Source: Guillardia theta CCMP2712 (lineage: Eukaryota; Protista; Cryptophyta). Taken from it: a stretch of 64,000 nucleotides of DNA. Under the pieces are notes generated by a model that made no database searches, had not been told where the DNA came from, and was given only the letters and a program-made list of their open reading frames with translations. The stretch covers positions 37,508 through 101,507 of the forward strand of contig NW_005434628.1 of assembly GCF_000315625.1 (NCBI RefSeq), in the 5' to 3' direction. Of the stretch, positions 28,701 to 41,954 are shown one piece after another. A program made the translations under genes and the position numbers. Every line of letters starts with the position of its first letter. The stretch's first letter is position 1.

Positions 28701-30969
28701 TCCATGGGAACGCAATACTTCTTCTGCGTTTGCATCATCCAATAGCAAATTCCAAGTTTCAATTATGATTCCATTGGGATTGTTTGTAGAAGCACAGGAA
28801 AACCAACTTTCAAGATCCGAATCAGCTAAACCAAGCTGAAGTTGCTGTGCCCCAACTTTGAAGTCCTGTAAACTGATGATCCCGTCCTGGTCAAGGTCAA
28901 ATGCTTCGAATCCATCCACAGTCCCAAGTTCATTAAATAAAAGCACAGCAGCAATTGTATCTGAAACTTTTCTCAAATCTGAATGGCCAAACAGTCAACT
29001 ACAAGAAACAAAAACACAAAATAATCACCACGCGGAAGACAGTACTTATCAGATGGAGATGTTTTGGCATCTACTCCCAGCGACTGAAGAATCTGCTTAG
29101 TATCTCTCCGACCCAAAACTTCCCGCCACGCCTTAAGGTCTACATATCCCTTGTCCCCCTTCATCCTCCTGTACAGATCTTCGATTTGACTTGCCCCAAG
29201 CCCCAGCGAAAGCTGCTTAGCAGCCTTTCCAAGGTCGTCGAGAGAGATCTCACCATCTTCGTCGAAGTCGAGCTGGTCGAAGGCCTCATCTATCCTAAGC
29301 TCGTTGTACTCGATTGCAGCAGCAAGCATGTCCAGCGCCCGGTCCGTTTCAGTCCCATCTGATGTTTCCTCCGGGCTGGCAGAGGCTTTCGATATGCCCC
29401 GTGATTGTAGCACCTCGCTGGTATCTCGGCTTCCTAGGGCCGCTCGCCACACCTCAAGGTCTACATATCCCTTGTCCCCCTTCATCCTCCTGTACAGATC
29501 TTCGATTTGACTTGCCCCAAGCCCCAGCGAAAGCTGCTTAGCAGCCTTTCCAAGGTCGTCGAGAGAGATCTCACCATCTTCGTCGAAGTCGAGCTGGTCG
29601 AAGGCCTCATCTATCCTAAGCTCGTTGTACTCGATCGCAGCAGCAAGCATGTCCAGCGCCCGGTCCGTTTCAGTCCCATCTGATGTTTCCTCCGGGCTGG
29701 CAGAGGCTTTCGATATGCCCCGTGATTGTAGCACCTCGCTGGTATCTCGGCTTCCTAGGGCCGCTCGCCACGCCTCAAGGTCTACATATCCCTTGTCCCC
29801 CTTCATCCTCCTGTACAGATCTTCGATTTGACTTGCCCCAAGCCCCAGCGAAAGCTGCTTAGCAGCCTTTCCAAGGTCGTCGAGAGAGATCTCACCATCT
29901 TCGTCGAAGTCGAGCTGGTCGAAGGCCTCATCTATCCTAAGCTCGTTGTACTCGATCGCAGCAGCAAGCATGTCCAGCGCCCGGTCCGTTTCAGTCCCAT
30001 CTGATGTTTCCTCCGCGCTGGCAGAGGCTTTCGATATGCCCCGTGATTGTAGCACCTCGCTGGTATCTCGGCTTCCTAGGGCTGCTCGCCACGCCTCAAG
30101 GTCTACATATCCCTTGTCCCCCTTCATCCTCCTGTACAGATCTTCGATTTGACTTGCCCCAAGCCCCAGCGAAAGCTGCTTAGCAGCCTTTCCAAGGTCG
30201 TCGAGAGAGATCTCACCATCTTCGTCGAAGTCGAGCTGGTCGAAGGCCTCATCAATGGTTACTGCATTGTACTCGATCGCAGCTCTGAGCACATTCATGC
30301 TTGCTTCGGGGGGTTCAATCTTGTCTGGTACCTCTTCACTGTATTGTTTCGGCTCTGTTCTCCTTGTTCCATTTGAAGCTTTCTTGACAGTCCATGTCTG
30401 CTCAGAGAAGTCAGTCACGACGATACGGCACCGCATACTTCCATTCGGAAAACGTCAGTCTTGTGCATGAGGATAACAACTCAAAGGTGCATAACCTCCA
30501 ACATACATCAACATTGAGAATCGTTTAGGACCAATCTGCATTATGCTTCCAAGACTCGTTGTTTCTTGAACACTACAACTCATTCTCTTTATCTTTGTCA
30601 ATCCACGTTGGCATGAGAGAATTCAAGCACCACAGTTGTCCTAAAATGTGCAGCGTTTCATACCTCACCCGACTATCGCTCAATGGTCTGTTGACCAAGC
30701 ACTTCGCTCGACCATGTCTTCTCCTGCACTTCGCTCCTCTACTCCCTCTCTCCTCTCTCCTCTCTCCCTCTACCATCCTGCTGTCCAATCATCATCTGAC
30801 CAAGCACCATTCAATACTTTCTGCATGACAGAACGACTCCCCCACGAAAGAAAATAAAATCTAATGTACCCTCACATTACCCTCAGAGAAGCATAGATCT
30901 GGATATGGTGGGTTATTTATAAAATGTACATTTGAAGAACTCTTCCTCATCTGTTCGCCTCCTTCTCAT
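22749..30969 (-). CDS. very large multi-EF-hand protein with C-terminal coiled coil (>2200 aa); both ends approximate
   Basis: 487-aa and 1668-aa ORFs with EF loops DFDEDGEISLDD, DLDQDGIISLQD, DCDGDGRLSQHD, DVDKDGIISKED, DKDKDGYISFDE; EAEEKLRKEEERRRALEEQVA repeats; further coiled-coil exons to ~22.8 kb. Confidence 0.8.
24090..24580 (-). repeat. 63-bp coding repeats (21-aa coiled-coil unit)
   Basis: AEAEEKLRKEEERRRALEEQV repeated about 7 times. Confidence 0.9.
29135..30285 (-). repeat. 321-bp coding tandem repeat (107-aa EF-hand module), ~3.6 copies
   Basis: Matching ORF starts at 29304, 29625 and 29946 give a period of 321. Confidence 0.95.
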
Positions 30970-31141
30970 CCGTTGGATGGGCGCAATGAGTAACCGCTCG
31001 TTCAAATATAACCGTCATTGTAACGTCGTCATCGATGATTCCGATTCAAGTACCGTCTCGAGTACTGACTCTGAGTCGGAGTCCGATCAGGGCCCCCGGC
31101 AGTCCGGGCCCTCAGTATCATTTTCAACCGTCTGGTCAGTG

Positions 31142-31466
31142 TGACGGAGCACAAGTTTGTTAGATTGTACTACTATGCCAAACTTGAAAGTACGGTAAGC
31201 GGCGGCCGGCCCGCTGACCGTCCGAGGCCGTCGACGGTCGGACGGTCGGAAGCCTTCAAGGAAGCCTGAGGAGGCCTTCCTAGCCGTCGTGCTAAGGTTC
31301 TCTCATGCCTGGATGCTTGGTTTTCACATCCTAGCCGATGATACAGTCTGGTTGAGCCGCAAAAACTGTCACGAGTCACAGGCTTGTTGCACTGCGGCAG
31401 CTGAGGTCGATATGATGTCTGCATTACTTTGGCGTAGTACAAGTCAAACAAACTTGTGCTCCGTCG
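31142..31466. mobile_element. TG..C(A/G) foldback element copy with ~38-bp TIRs and 5-bp TSD CAGTG
   Basis: CAGTG (31137-31141) | TGACGGAGCACAAGTTTGTT...AACAAACTTGTGCTCCGTCG | CAGTG (31467-31471). Confidence 0.85.
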
Positions 31467-31774
31467 CAGTGTGCAGTGATCGACGATACAGTAAATATCA
31501 TACCGTACAGTGCCTCAGACAGCGGGGAGGGGGACTGGAATGGTCCTACGCGCAGCGGCAGTTAACTCTTAAGGCAGTGACTGGGACCGAGTCGGACGGG
31601 CCCGGGCAGAGTCACTCGGACGCCGCGGCCGCCGGGCCCGCCCGCCCCGGGTTCACAAATGATGATTGAATGGCGCCCCCTGAAGTATAGTGGTACTGAA
31701 GGGGGCGGCACGTTGAAGTTCAAGTTGCGACTTTTGTTGTCATTAGCCTGACTCAGATGGAAAAGTACGGCGAG

Positions 31775-33665
31775 TTAGCTTACAGTCGCGGTGCCTTGGA
31801 GCTTGCGAATGAAGTCGCCTCCAGCTAAGAAAACTGTGGCGGATAACAAAAACAGAAAGGCGAAGATCAAGAACATTGCAAATTGCCTTCGCTGCTTGTG
31901 GATCTTTGCCTGTCAAGTGCTTGATGAGTGGATTCGCCAAATCAATTCTGCCCATCGACCAACCTGCATTAGTCCATGCCCGCAAAAATTGTCGAAAGCG
32001 ATGGAGAAACAATTATGTGACTTCAGTGCATGCACCTGTTGACAATGATGGGCGTTTAGAGTCACGAAAACAGTCCATTCACTTGTGCCACCCGTCACCT
32101 TGGTTATTGGCATGCTGTGTATGTCCAGACAACATTGAATCCCAATGTTCGCACAGTTCAACATGGCAACCTGCAGTGAGATCATGAGCGCAACAAAGCG
32201 CGGAAGCGACACGGACCCGTCCATCGCTGCATCCCACAAACGCGATCATCTTGTCGAGGCCACTGATCGTCGTAATCGGACATGTGACAATCTGAAGGAT
32301 CAGAATTACTTGCTGACGGCCAACAAGTCCATCATCGCTCTTGCCTTCTTTTGCCTCACGATGGGCAGATCCTTATCAACCTTGTGCTCCTGGATAAACC
32401 TTGACCCTCATCGTCAGGAGCTGGTCATACACCCATTTCGAATGCAGACCCAGCATCTCGTGTAGACAGCGCGGTAATGATCTTGTTCCCGTCCTCTGTA
32501 AATACAGCACCTCTACAGCGTGGGATTGTACACAAGAATACCCAGAAATTGCACCACAGCAATGTTCAGTGACCCTGTCTTCCTTAATCGAGAACTTGAG
32601 GTCACCTGAACTTCTGCGCTCCTTTCCCGACATTCGAACTTTTCTCTGAAGAGGTTGTTCAGCAAACTTGATTCCTGGGATGTCGAGCACCCGATAAGTG
32701 TTCAAACAGCAGCTTCCCAGTCTTCGCATCCCAAATGCAGCAGGTTGAATCATCATGACTAAGAATTCTCTTTCCCTGTACAGGAAAATTACCACACATC
32801 AAGAACTTGCGTAAAGGCATGCGAGGACATCTGGGTGGAAGCAAACGTCACGGATCGCCTCTGCATGCCAGCTCTTGCCGTCAGCGTTCACTCCAAAATC
32901 TCTGGACCACCCCAGTCACAGTCACGCAGTGAACACAGGGTAAATTACACCTTATCAACTTCAATCCTGATGTCGAGAAATCCCACATGCCCAGCTTTTC
33001 TCCGTGGGAGATAACAACCTGGAAAGGCAGTCAACCGACAGAGGGAGTGCTCTTTTATCGCACAACCTGAGTGCCTGCCGGGTTGAATGCCACAGCCCGT
33101 TGCGACGGATAGTCTCCACTAGGATCAGCCTACTCCTTGTTCAAAACTGACGCTAGCCCCACACACGAGCCTACCTTGCCGGTAGCCATGGAAAACATCA
33201 ACTTCAGTTCCTGATCACGGACGACGCGGTAAGGAGGGTTCGTTGGAGAGCCCTGGACTATTCTCTATCTCACCTTATCGTTGTAGCCCACTGCATGAGT
33301 TTTTCCTCCGTGGGTTGTACACAAGATAACCTTTCCTTTAGGGGAGGCGCACAGTCCCACCACTCGATCATCGTCAAAGTCTAGATGCGCTATTTCCTTT
33401 GCAAAAGTTTCAGATAATCGAAACATAAGGTACCTTCACCTTAAGCTCGTCCTGATCCAGGCAAAGCAACGAAATCTAACGACAATGATTAACGATTCTA
33501 CACCTGGGATGTGTTGTTTCTAGAAGATGTCAAGATTACCCGGTTTGGAATCCCTGATTTCGACTTGCCCCCACCCCCACCCACAGCGAACAGTTTGTCT
33601 GATAGGACTGCAGACGCCGTAGGAGGATACTTTAACTTGACGTACTTTGCAAAACCTCGCGACAT
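31775..33665 (-). CDS. SEC12: Sec12/PREB-like WD40 guanine-nucleotide exchange factor for Sar1; spliced
   Basis: N-terminal K-loop FAVGGGGGKSKSGIPN; WD-like exons (DSTCCIWDAKTGK); C-terminal hydrophobic segment FAMFLIFAFLFLLSATVFL. Confidence 0.8.
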
Positions 33666-34657
33666 TGTGAACTGGGAAATAGCATTAATCAGCTGCGCAA
33701 GCCTACGGCCGTATGCTGCTTCCCCATCCTCTTCCACATTTCAAACCCTGGCATAAGTCTCCTGAATTCTCCTCGTATAGTCGATGGGTCGATGAATCCT
33801 AACGTCCATTTCTTGTGGAAGCAATCGCACTAGTAACAATCCCACAACATCCTTCTCGATTCTCTCCGCATGCTCTCAGATCTTTCAACTTATGTCTTCA
33901 TCAATCCTTGCCTGTCTTTCTTCTTGTCTTACTCACTCCCTGCTTGCCTGTCTGTATCCCTGTTGCTCTACCCGACCCATGACTTCCGCCATCACAGCCA
34001 CCGCCATGCCATGTCAACACGATGCCCACATCCCCTCGTGTATCCGGGTTCGGCCCGGCCGGCCTGCCGGCCGGCTTGGTCATTCAGGCAAATGTCATTC
34101 AGTTTTGAAAAAATTTTAGGACTGCTAGAAATTCATCCTGAAATTTGAAATTGTGAGGCATTTGCAAAAGCTACGCACAGCTTTGAGCGATGCTGAGAGG
34201 AGGGAGGAGGGAGGAAGGAGGAGGGAGGAGTAAGGAGGAAGGAGGGACGGTAAGACGAAGGTCAGAGGGCAGTGATAAGTGAGTGGCAGTTGCGAGCAGA
34301 GAGAGAAGGCTTCAACCCTCTGTAGCACTCGACGGAGATCTGGCTTCAAAATTCGTCAAGCTATCAGGAGCAAGGCTACAAGACAGCTGTGTGATTAGAG
34401 TGAATCAGCCTGATCCATGAATGCTAGAATATAGAAGATTGATTGATGCAGGATCAGTGACAATATCATGACGCTAGGTATCGAGAGAGTTGATTTTCAG
34501 AAAGATATCTCAAAATCTTATGTGAGGATTGTTTTTTAAACGATGACCTAGTTTCTTCTGGTAACTTTTGCTGTCAACCAGTGTCTTTGTTCTTTTTATA
34601 TTTGTTAGTTGGATTTGCTCACGCTCATTGGGATGATTTGACAGGCAGGCAGTCGGA

Positions 34658-37600
34658 ATGGATCCGACACAGCCAAAGCCTCAACTCAAGGTCAAGGAGG
34701 TGAGCAAGCTGGACTGCGAGAGTTGCTCCATCTAGCGGCAAGAGGGTGATGACGGGCGCGGACAGGTCATCGGGGCGCTATGCAAGAAAATCTTTCAGGA
34801 GATAGAGAAGGTCAACCCACAACAAGCGCAGCTCTTCAAGAGAGAAGTCCTGACAGGGGGGAAGACTGACATACAACAGGTAGTGACTGGTTGATGTTCT
34901 GATGGGGTTCATTGATTCCTCTGCCATGCCACAGTACTTGCAATTGGCGGACCAGTACGTTGAGCGATATGCAATGCACATGGCCCCCGACGTAGAATCA
35001 GTCAGGGTCAAATATGGCGTCTCGAGACAAGCTCGAGTTTCTCAATCGGGAACGGGTACATCCATCCGAATCGTGACATGATCCTTTGACAGAGCTTGTA
35101 GGAAATGCTTCCAACCCAAGTGCGCCCAGCAATCAGGTAAATGATACGATCTGACAGTTGCTGCTATTCGAGAGCATCTCACATGTTGTCAGGTCCCAAT
35201 GTCCAACCAAGCATCGCATCATGGTTCAGCGACCTACGGCTCAACTCATGCGAGCCATCAAGGCAGCGCTGCTCTCCCTGGCAGGTTGTATCTTCAAGCT
35301 CGTCTCTGCATCATTACGTTGACTTGCTCTCAAGCTCGACGAGAAGCGACTCCATCCATCGCTTTCAGCAGCCCGTCCCCAGCCAGCAGGTGCCGACACC
35401 TTATGGCTCCAATAGCACGGGGCTACAACAGCAAAGTACCGCCCAGCAACGAAGCTCCGTACAGCCAGGGACCATGCAACCAGGGGCCATGCAGCCGGGA
35501 AACATGCATCGAAGCTCTGTACCGCAAGGGGGGGGGCAGCAGGGAAATGTGCAGCAAGGAGGGATGCAGAGAAGCTCTGTACCCCAGGGAGGGATACAGC
35601 AGGGGGTTGTACAACAAGGGGGTATACAGCAGGGGAGCTTGCAGCAGGGGGTTATACAGAGAAGCTCTGTACCCCAGGGAGGGATACAGCAGGGGGTTGT
35701 ACAACAAGGGGGTATACAGCAGGGGAGCTTGCAGCAGGGGGTTATACAGAGAAGCTCTGTACCCCAGGGTGGGGTGCAGCAGGGAACTATGCGAGGGTCG
35801 TTGCCTCAGACTTCGTCAGGTTCACTTCCGATGCAAAATCCGAGCGGAGCGAATCAAGGAGCCAGTAAGCAGTCAGACTCGACGACGTCAACCTGATATT
35901 CTTGTTTGCCCACCAGGTGCTCCATCCTCCTACACCTCCGCCTCGAACATGCCAAGTGTAAATCGAGGAGCTGTGCCAGTCACTCAAACTCCAGTGCCTG
36001 GCAGTGGCAGTGTGGCTCCTGGGGCTCTGCCTGCTGCACCTGGTGGGGTTGCTCGGACTATGCCAGTGAGCTACAACACGACCAGCCCGTCAACTTCGTT
36101 GAGCTCCTCGTATGACTCGACCGCCATCGGCTTGATGTCGACTGTCGGCATCCAAAAGCCGGTAGGCGGCAGCACGTGCACTCGTCAGGTCTGACAAGGT
36201 CAAACCAGGGAACGGCGACGGTGAAGAGCACAGACTGTAAAGCTTGCAAGGGAAAACACGTCAAGTGATGCATCGATAGGAGCGGATGTGTAAGCTCCTC
36301 TAACGCACTGCAGGCACACGTGCTCGAAGGCGAAGCCGATCTCAGATTCCAACCGCAAGCCGGGGCAGGAGTATGGCACCGGCAGCTCTCCTGGCAGCGC
36401 GTCGTCTCCCGCCCCCATGCCGCTTCCCAGCAGCTCGACGAGCCATATGGGGCTGACAGGACAGATGGACGTGTTGGGCAAGCGGACCAGAGATGGGGAC
36501 TACGAGGATCCGATGCAAGTGAAGCGCGTGAAACCTGACGGGATGACCGCACAGCCTCACGACAGCAACACGATCTACAAGGACCAGGTAGCTCCCCTGA
36601 GACCCTTGACCCTCAGTCGCTGACCCTCGTCCTGCAGTTGCATGCGAAGATGCAGCAGGTCGAAGAGGAAAGGATGGTGCGAAGGGTCTGACCAGCTGCC
36701 AGATTTTCAAAGCGAGGAAGAAGCAGCAGGAAGACGATCTGTCCAGCAAGAAGACCAAGTCATCTCCTGCTCTGACGTCGGCATGTCCTGAAATGTTTCA
36801 AGGTGTGAGGTCTGTCAATCGTCCTTTCCCCATAAGGCTACCGATCATCAGTTCAAGAAAGGTGAACCCTGCGCTTGCCTGCCACCTCTCATGTACTGCA
36901 GCTGGGGTTGTGCTGTTGGAGTCCATCGAACAGCAAGCATACTACTGTATGCGATATGCCTGCGAGCAGCGAGTCAAACACGTGCGAGCTGAGCTGAGGA
37001 AGGGGGATACATGACAGGGTGTCAGGTCCTGAGCCACCTCATGTCCATCTCGAGGAATCGATTCGATCAGGTGGACTTGAGCTGGGCCTGTCGCTCTCGT
37101 CAACCGCCTTTTGATCGTTCTACAGCTGAGAAACAACAAGGCGAATCTCACAGGGATGGTGCGCGAGCAGGACGTCAAGGAACAAGCGAAGTATCGCGAC
37201 ATCGATGGACGTCGTTGCCGGCTGAGCGCTGACGTGATGGTGCTTCAGGCAGTTGCTGAAGCAACTTGAGATGCAAGAGGAGTCGAAGAAGCAGGAGCAG
37301 GTGAACTTGTTGCATGCAAGGCGCGCGGCTGACCACGAGCAGAGCAAGAAGGATCAGAACTTTCACAGCCTGGCCAACCAGACAGCTCTCCTGGCCGGTA
37401 GCTGGACGAGCATGCCGGCTCATTGTTGAGTGTGTTTGCCAGTCGGAAGGGCTGGAGGGTCAGCGGGAGGAGGCACGAGCGTGTCCAACGCGGTGAGGAG
37501 GATCGAGCTGCGAGACATCCTCCACCTCCTAGAGCGCGAGGTCAGCTGATCCCCAGCTGCCCCCGAGCTCTCAGCTGACCAATCGCAGTCGAGGCTGCGG

Positions 37601-37738
37601 AAGTCGCACATCATGTATAGGGCGTACATGCGCTTCCACGAGGATCACATGCGGCGGATCGCAGCCAACGCGAACGCGTAAGAGGCCCTGAGGCAACCGT
37701 GCGGGGAGTGACGTGCTTGAGGCAGGAACCGGAATTGA
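34658..37738 (+). CDS. TAF4: TFIID subunit TAF4-like; spliced
   Basis: Q/G-rich middle region; LANQTALLA; C-terminal RRIELRDILHLLERESRLRKSHIMYRAYM resembling the TAF4 conserved C-terminal domain. Confidence 0.72.
35570..35785 (+). repeat. 75-bp coding repeat (QRSSVPQGGIQQGVVQQGGIQQGSL-type unit)
   Basis: Directly visible in the DNA and in ORF 35141..35896. Confidence 0.85.
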
Positions 37739-37849
37739 AGGAGGAGGAGGAGGAGGAGGAGGAGGAGGAGGAAAGATGGAGGGGATGTTTTAAGAAAGAG
37801 AGCGACGTTCACAAGTAGCTGCAGCCATGGCTCATAAGTCGATTTCGCT

Positions 37850-40124
37850 GCTCCTTGTGTTGGTCAAACTCTCCAAGAGATCCTGTCAACACATCAGCTC
37901 CTCTCCTCCCACACTCTCCTCCTCCTCCTCCTCCCGCTCCCTCTTCCCCTCCCTCTTTCTCACATGGGCAAACTGCACAGAGTCGGGAGTTCCGATAAGA
38001 TGAACCTGCAAAATGGAGGAGAGTTTGAGAGGGAGGAGGAGGAGGCACGATGGATGTAGCGGCCAGCTGTGTGCGCGGCAAGCAGCACAGGTGGAACCAA
38101 AACAAGGAGCGTGGAGCAGACTAAGAGAGGAGGAGGAGGAGAGGGGTGGGGGTGGGGGGTTGAGGTAATGAAAGGAGGAGGATGGTGATGACCTCGCTGT
38201 TTCGGAGGATGATGAGCGAAAGCGAGGCCTGCGATGCTCCTTCACTTGCAGGAGGGAGGGAGAGAAGGGAGTAGACCTTCTTTCCTATTGCCGGGAGGAT
38301 CTCGGACAACGCGTCGACCTCCTCCTCCTTCAGCGGAAAGATCGCTCTCATCTCGTCCTCGTCCTCGCTCTTTTGCTCCCCAGCATCTCCTCCCTCCCTT
38401 CTAGTGCCTTCCACGCTGCTGCCTCCTTGTTGGCGTCGAATCTGCTGCTGGGATGAAGGAGGTCGACCTTTGCCCCCGCAGCTCCTCGTCCATCGTTTCC
38501 TCCCTCCAGGCCCTCGAGTCACTCTACCAGAGTGAGAGGAAGCAGAGAGAGAGACTTGCTCCTCCTCCCTCCTCTCCTCCTCTCTGATCCTCTAAGTCTG
38601 CATGGAGAATGTGAGGCCAGGGGAAGGAAGAGGGAGAGAGAAGGAAGTAGGAGAAGTAGGGAAGAGGGGGAGGTAGGGAGAGGGAGGAGGCAGGAACGAT
38701 GAGGGGGAGGTAGGAAGAAGAAGGGAAAGGTAGGGAGGAGCAAACAGGAGAGGGTAGGGAAGGAGGAGAAGGTAGAAACGGGGGGAGAAGAAGGAGAGGA
38801 AAGAGTAGAGGGGCGGAGGGAGGAGGAAAGGTAACGGACCTTGCTCTGTCACAGCAGGAGCAGGAGGGGCGGCAGGACGTCGTACTGCATGGCTAGAAGT
38901 CTCAGCCTGAGCTGGTCGGCTCTCCGAGGAGAGGTGCTCGTGGCTGCAGCAGTATAAGGAGAAGTGAAAAGGAGGAGGGGGAGAGGAGGAATGGAGCAGT
39001 AGAGCTAGGGAGGAGAGGCAGGAAGGAAGAGACCTTGTGGCGAGGGAATGGGATGGAGGAGGAGGAGGTTGAGATTTCTGCTTCCTGGGCCCAGTACACC
39101 CAAATATGTGCTTGATACCTGCAGCAGAGAAGTAAAGGAGGAGACGAGGAGGAAACAGTCAGGAGAGATGGGGTGGTGGTGATGATGATCTGTTGGGGTG
39201 GGGAGGGGAGGGAGCACGAGGAAGGAGGTGGGAGGGAGGAGGAGGGGTTGGGAGGGAGGAGGAGAACGCTACCAGTCTTGGCCGATGAGAAAATAGTTTT
39301 GAAGGAGCTGGACCTGTTGGCTGTGGACTGTGCCGGGAGGAAGAAGGTCAGAAGATACGTGGGGGAGAGGAGGGAGGGAAGGGCAATGGATGGGGGGTGA
39401 CCAAGACGTCTCAGCTTCAACAGACCTCAGCTTGCTGCTGCTGCTGCTGCTGCTGCTTGTTCTTCTCTTCTTCTCCTCGTCGTCTAGCGAACATTAATTA
39501 CTCGAGGAGTTGACCACTCGAAGGAGTTTACGACGAGGAAGGCAGTTGTTTCTCCTCTTCCTCTCCCTCCAGCTTCAGATGATCTCGACCAATCCATCCA
39601 AGCGAGTGATCTTTCTCTACCAACACCTAGCACAAGTTTATCCTCTTCCGTCATCCTCTTCCCAAACTCCCCCCCCCCCCCCCGTCATTCCTCCTCCTCC
39701 TCCTCCTCCTCCTCCTCCTCCTCCTCTCCATCCTCGGCTGATGACCTGATAGCACGAGGATTCTTCATCGAACGCCTTCACCACTCCAGTGCTGGAATGA
39801 GATGAGCGCGCGGAAGAGGAGGAGAACAGGGAAAGAGGGAGCAGATGGTACAGTGGTAAGTACAGGGAGATATGAAGAGGACAGATGAAAGTGGAGGAGG
39901 AGCAGAGCGAGAAGAGAGAGTAGCAAGGGAGGGAGGGAGGAGTGAAGGGAGAAGCGATTTCACCATCCGTTGAAGTCGAGATTCTTCTTCAATCCAAAGA
40001 TCTTAACTCTCACTCTGTGAGCGGGCGATGAGAAGGAGTAAAGGGAACGAGCAGAATTAATCAGATTGCAGGAGCAGGAGCAGGAGCGGGAGCGGGAGCG
40101 GGAGCGGGAGCGGGAGCGGGAGCG

Positions 40125-40165
<41 letters not shown>

Positions 40166-40208
40166 GGGAGCGGGAGCGGGAGCGGGAGCGGGAGCGGGAG
40201 CGGGAGCG

Positions 40209-40269
<61 letters not shown>

Positions 40270-41638
40270 CGCCTCTAGCTTACCCATGGGACAGCCTCTC
40301 TTTATCCTTGTCCTGACCTCGCTCTCCTTGCCAATCAGTCGGCCGGGGCACCTATCGAGCAGCAACTTCATTGAAGTTCCCCCTGCCCCTCTCCTCCTCC
40401 TCCTCCTCCTCCTCCCTCCTCCTCCCTCCTCCCTCCTCCTCCTCCTCTTCCTCCTCCCTCCTCCTCCTCCCTCCTCCTCCTCCTCCTCCTCCTCCCTCCT
40501 CCTCCTCCTCCTCCTCCTCCTCCTCCTCCTACCTTCGCCTCCTTCCTCATGTTCCATATCGCGGGAGCGTCCATGTCATCATCCTCCAGAAGGCAAGCTG
40601 CCGACGATCCTCTTCCTGCTGGTGCTCTCCGGCTCTGCTCCATGGGGATCAGCTCAACCAGCGAGCACGCGTTTCTCTTCACCGTGTCTGCTCGTCCTTT
40701 CAACCCTTGCAAGCTCATCTTGACATTCCAATCTCGTCCGTTTGCCCTCATTGCTGCAGTCTCCACCTTTTCACATCGACATCAGCTCGACATCGGCAGG
40801 CAGGACAAGATCAGAAACTGAAGCAAGTCAGCACCTACCTTCGGAGCCTCTCCCTCCTCCGATCGTGCTGGCCGCCTCTTGCCATACCTCCCCACATCAT
40901 TGACGAGATCGTTCGCACCAACCACACCCCTTATTCTTTCCTCCTCCTCGTCCTCCTCCCTCGAGCGACTGCTGAGAGATCCTTCAGCTCCGTTACTGAG
41001 TCTCGAGGCATCGTCGCAGTCCGCATCCTCACTCTCCCTGTTTCGACCTCGAATCACCTCGTCCGTTCCTTGCAACCCAGCAGTGCTCGTAACTTCGCGC
41101 CGGCGAGACCAGCGTTGAACAGGTTTCCTCCGCTCCTCCTCCTCAACAACAGCCGCCTCTCTCCTCGATCGGATCAGAGCGGAAGCTTCAGCCTTCCTCC
41201 TCATCTCAAGATAACGCTCGTAGGACGACACGGAGCTGTGCTGCCTGTCCCAGGCAAACGTTTCCATCTCAAACTTCACGTTCTTCGGCTGCTCGGCATG
41301 GCTCCGACTCGCTTTCTCGTCGCTGCTGGTCGGCTGTCTTGTCGCCTGTTTCCTAGCAAAGTACTTGACACCTCCCTCCTCATCGGACTCCGTGTCCTCT
41401 AGCTCCTGCCTGTACCCTCAGCCTCCCTGCATTCGTTTCTTCGCGCACCTGGACGAAGGAGGAGAAGTGATTGACCGACGGCCCGCCGTACAGGCTGCTG
41501 ACTTCCTTCTCTCGTTCATCCTCAAGCTGCAAGACAGAGGGATCAATGGCGCGGCTTCTGCTCAGCAAGCGAGCACCCACCTCTCTCAGCTCCTGCTCCA
41601 AGTCGAGGATCCTCTGAAAGTGATCCACCTCCGACGCC
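37850..41638 (-). CDS. hypothetical multi-exon protein; introns expanded by GA/CT tracts
   Basis: Coding-like segments MASEVDHFQRILDLEQELRE..., MKFEMETFAWDRQ..., DEMRAIFPLKEEEVDALSEILP; no confident family; may be more than one gene. Confidence 0.45.
40068..40270. repeat. (CAGGAG)n/(CGGGAG)n hexamer array
   Basis: Directly visible. Confidence 0.95.
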
Positions 41639-41819
41639 ATGCTCAGCGTCTCGCTCCCCTTTGCCTGACACTGACATGAGGGTTGGGGCATAACACCATA
41701 CGGGTGAAGAAGGCAACCGATTGAAGCTCTCCTTGAAGCATCGCGTACTGAGCAGACAGAGCGAATCAATCTTCTCTCTTTCTGCTTCTGCCTGTAAATG
41801 TGTGCTGGTCTCCGTCTCA

Positions 41820-41909
41820 CTCTCTGTCTCTGTCTCTGTCTCTGTCTCTGTCTCTGTCTCTGTCTCTGTCTCTGTCTCTGTCTCTGTCTCTGTCTCTGTC
41901 TCTGTCTCT
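41820..41909. repeat. (TCTCTG)n microsatellite
   Basis: Directly visible; also present at 63376-63445. Confidence 0.95.
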
Positions 41910-41954
41910 ACTCATCTTCTACGAATTCGCGCAATCTGCCATATCTATTAGCGG

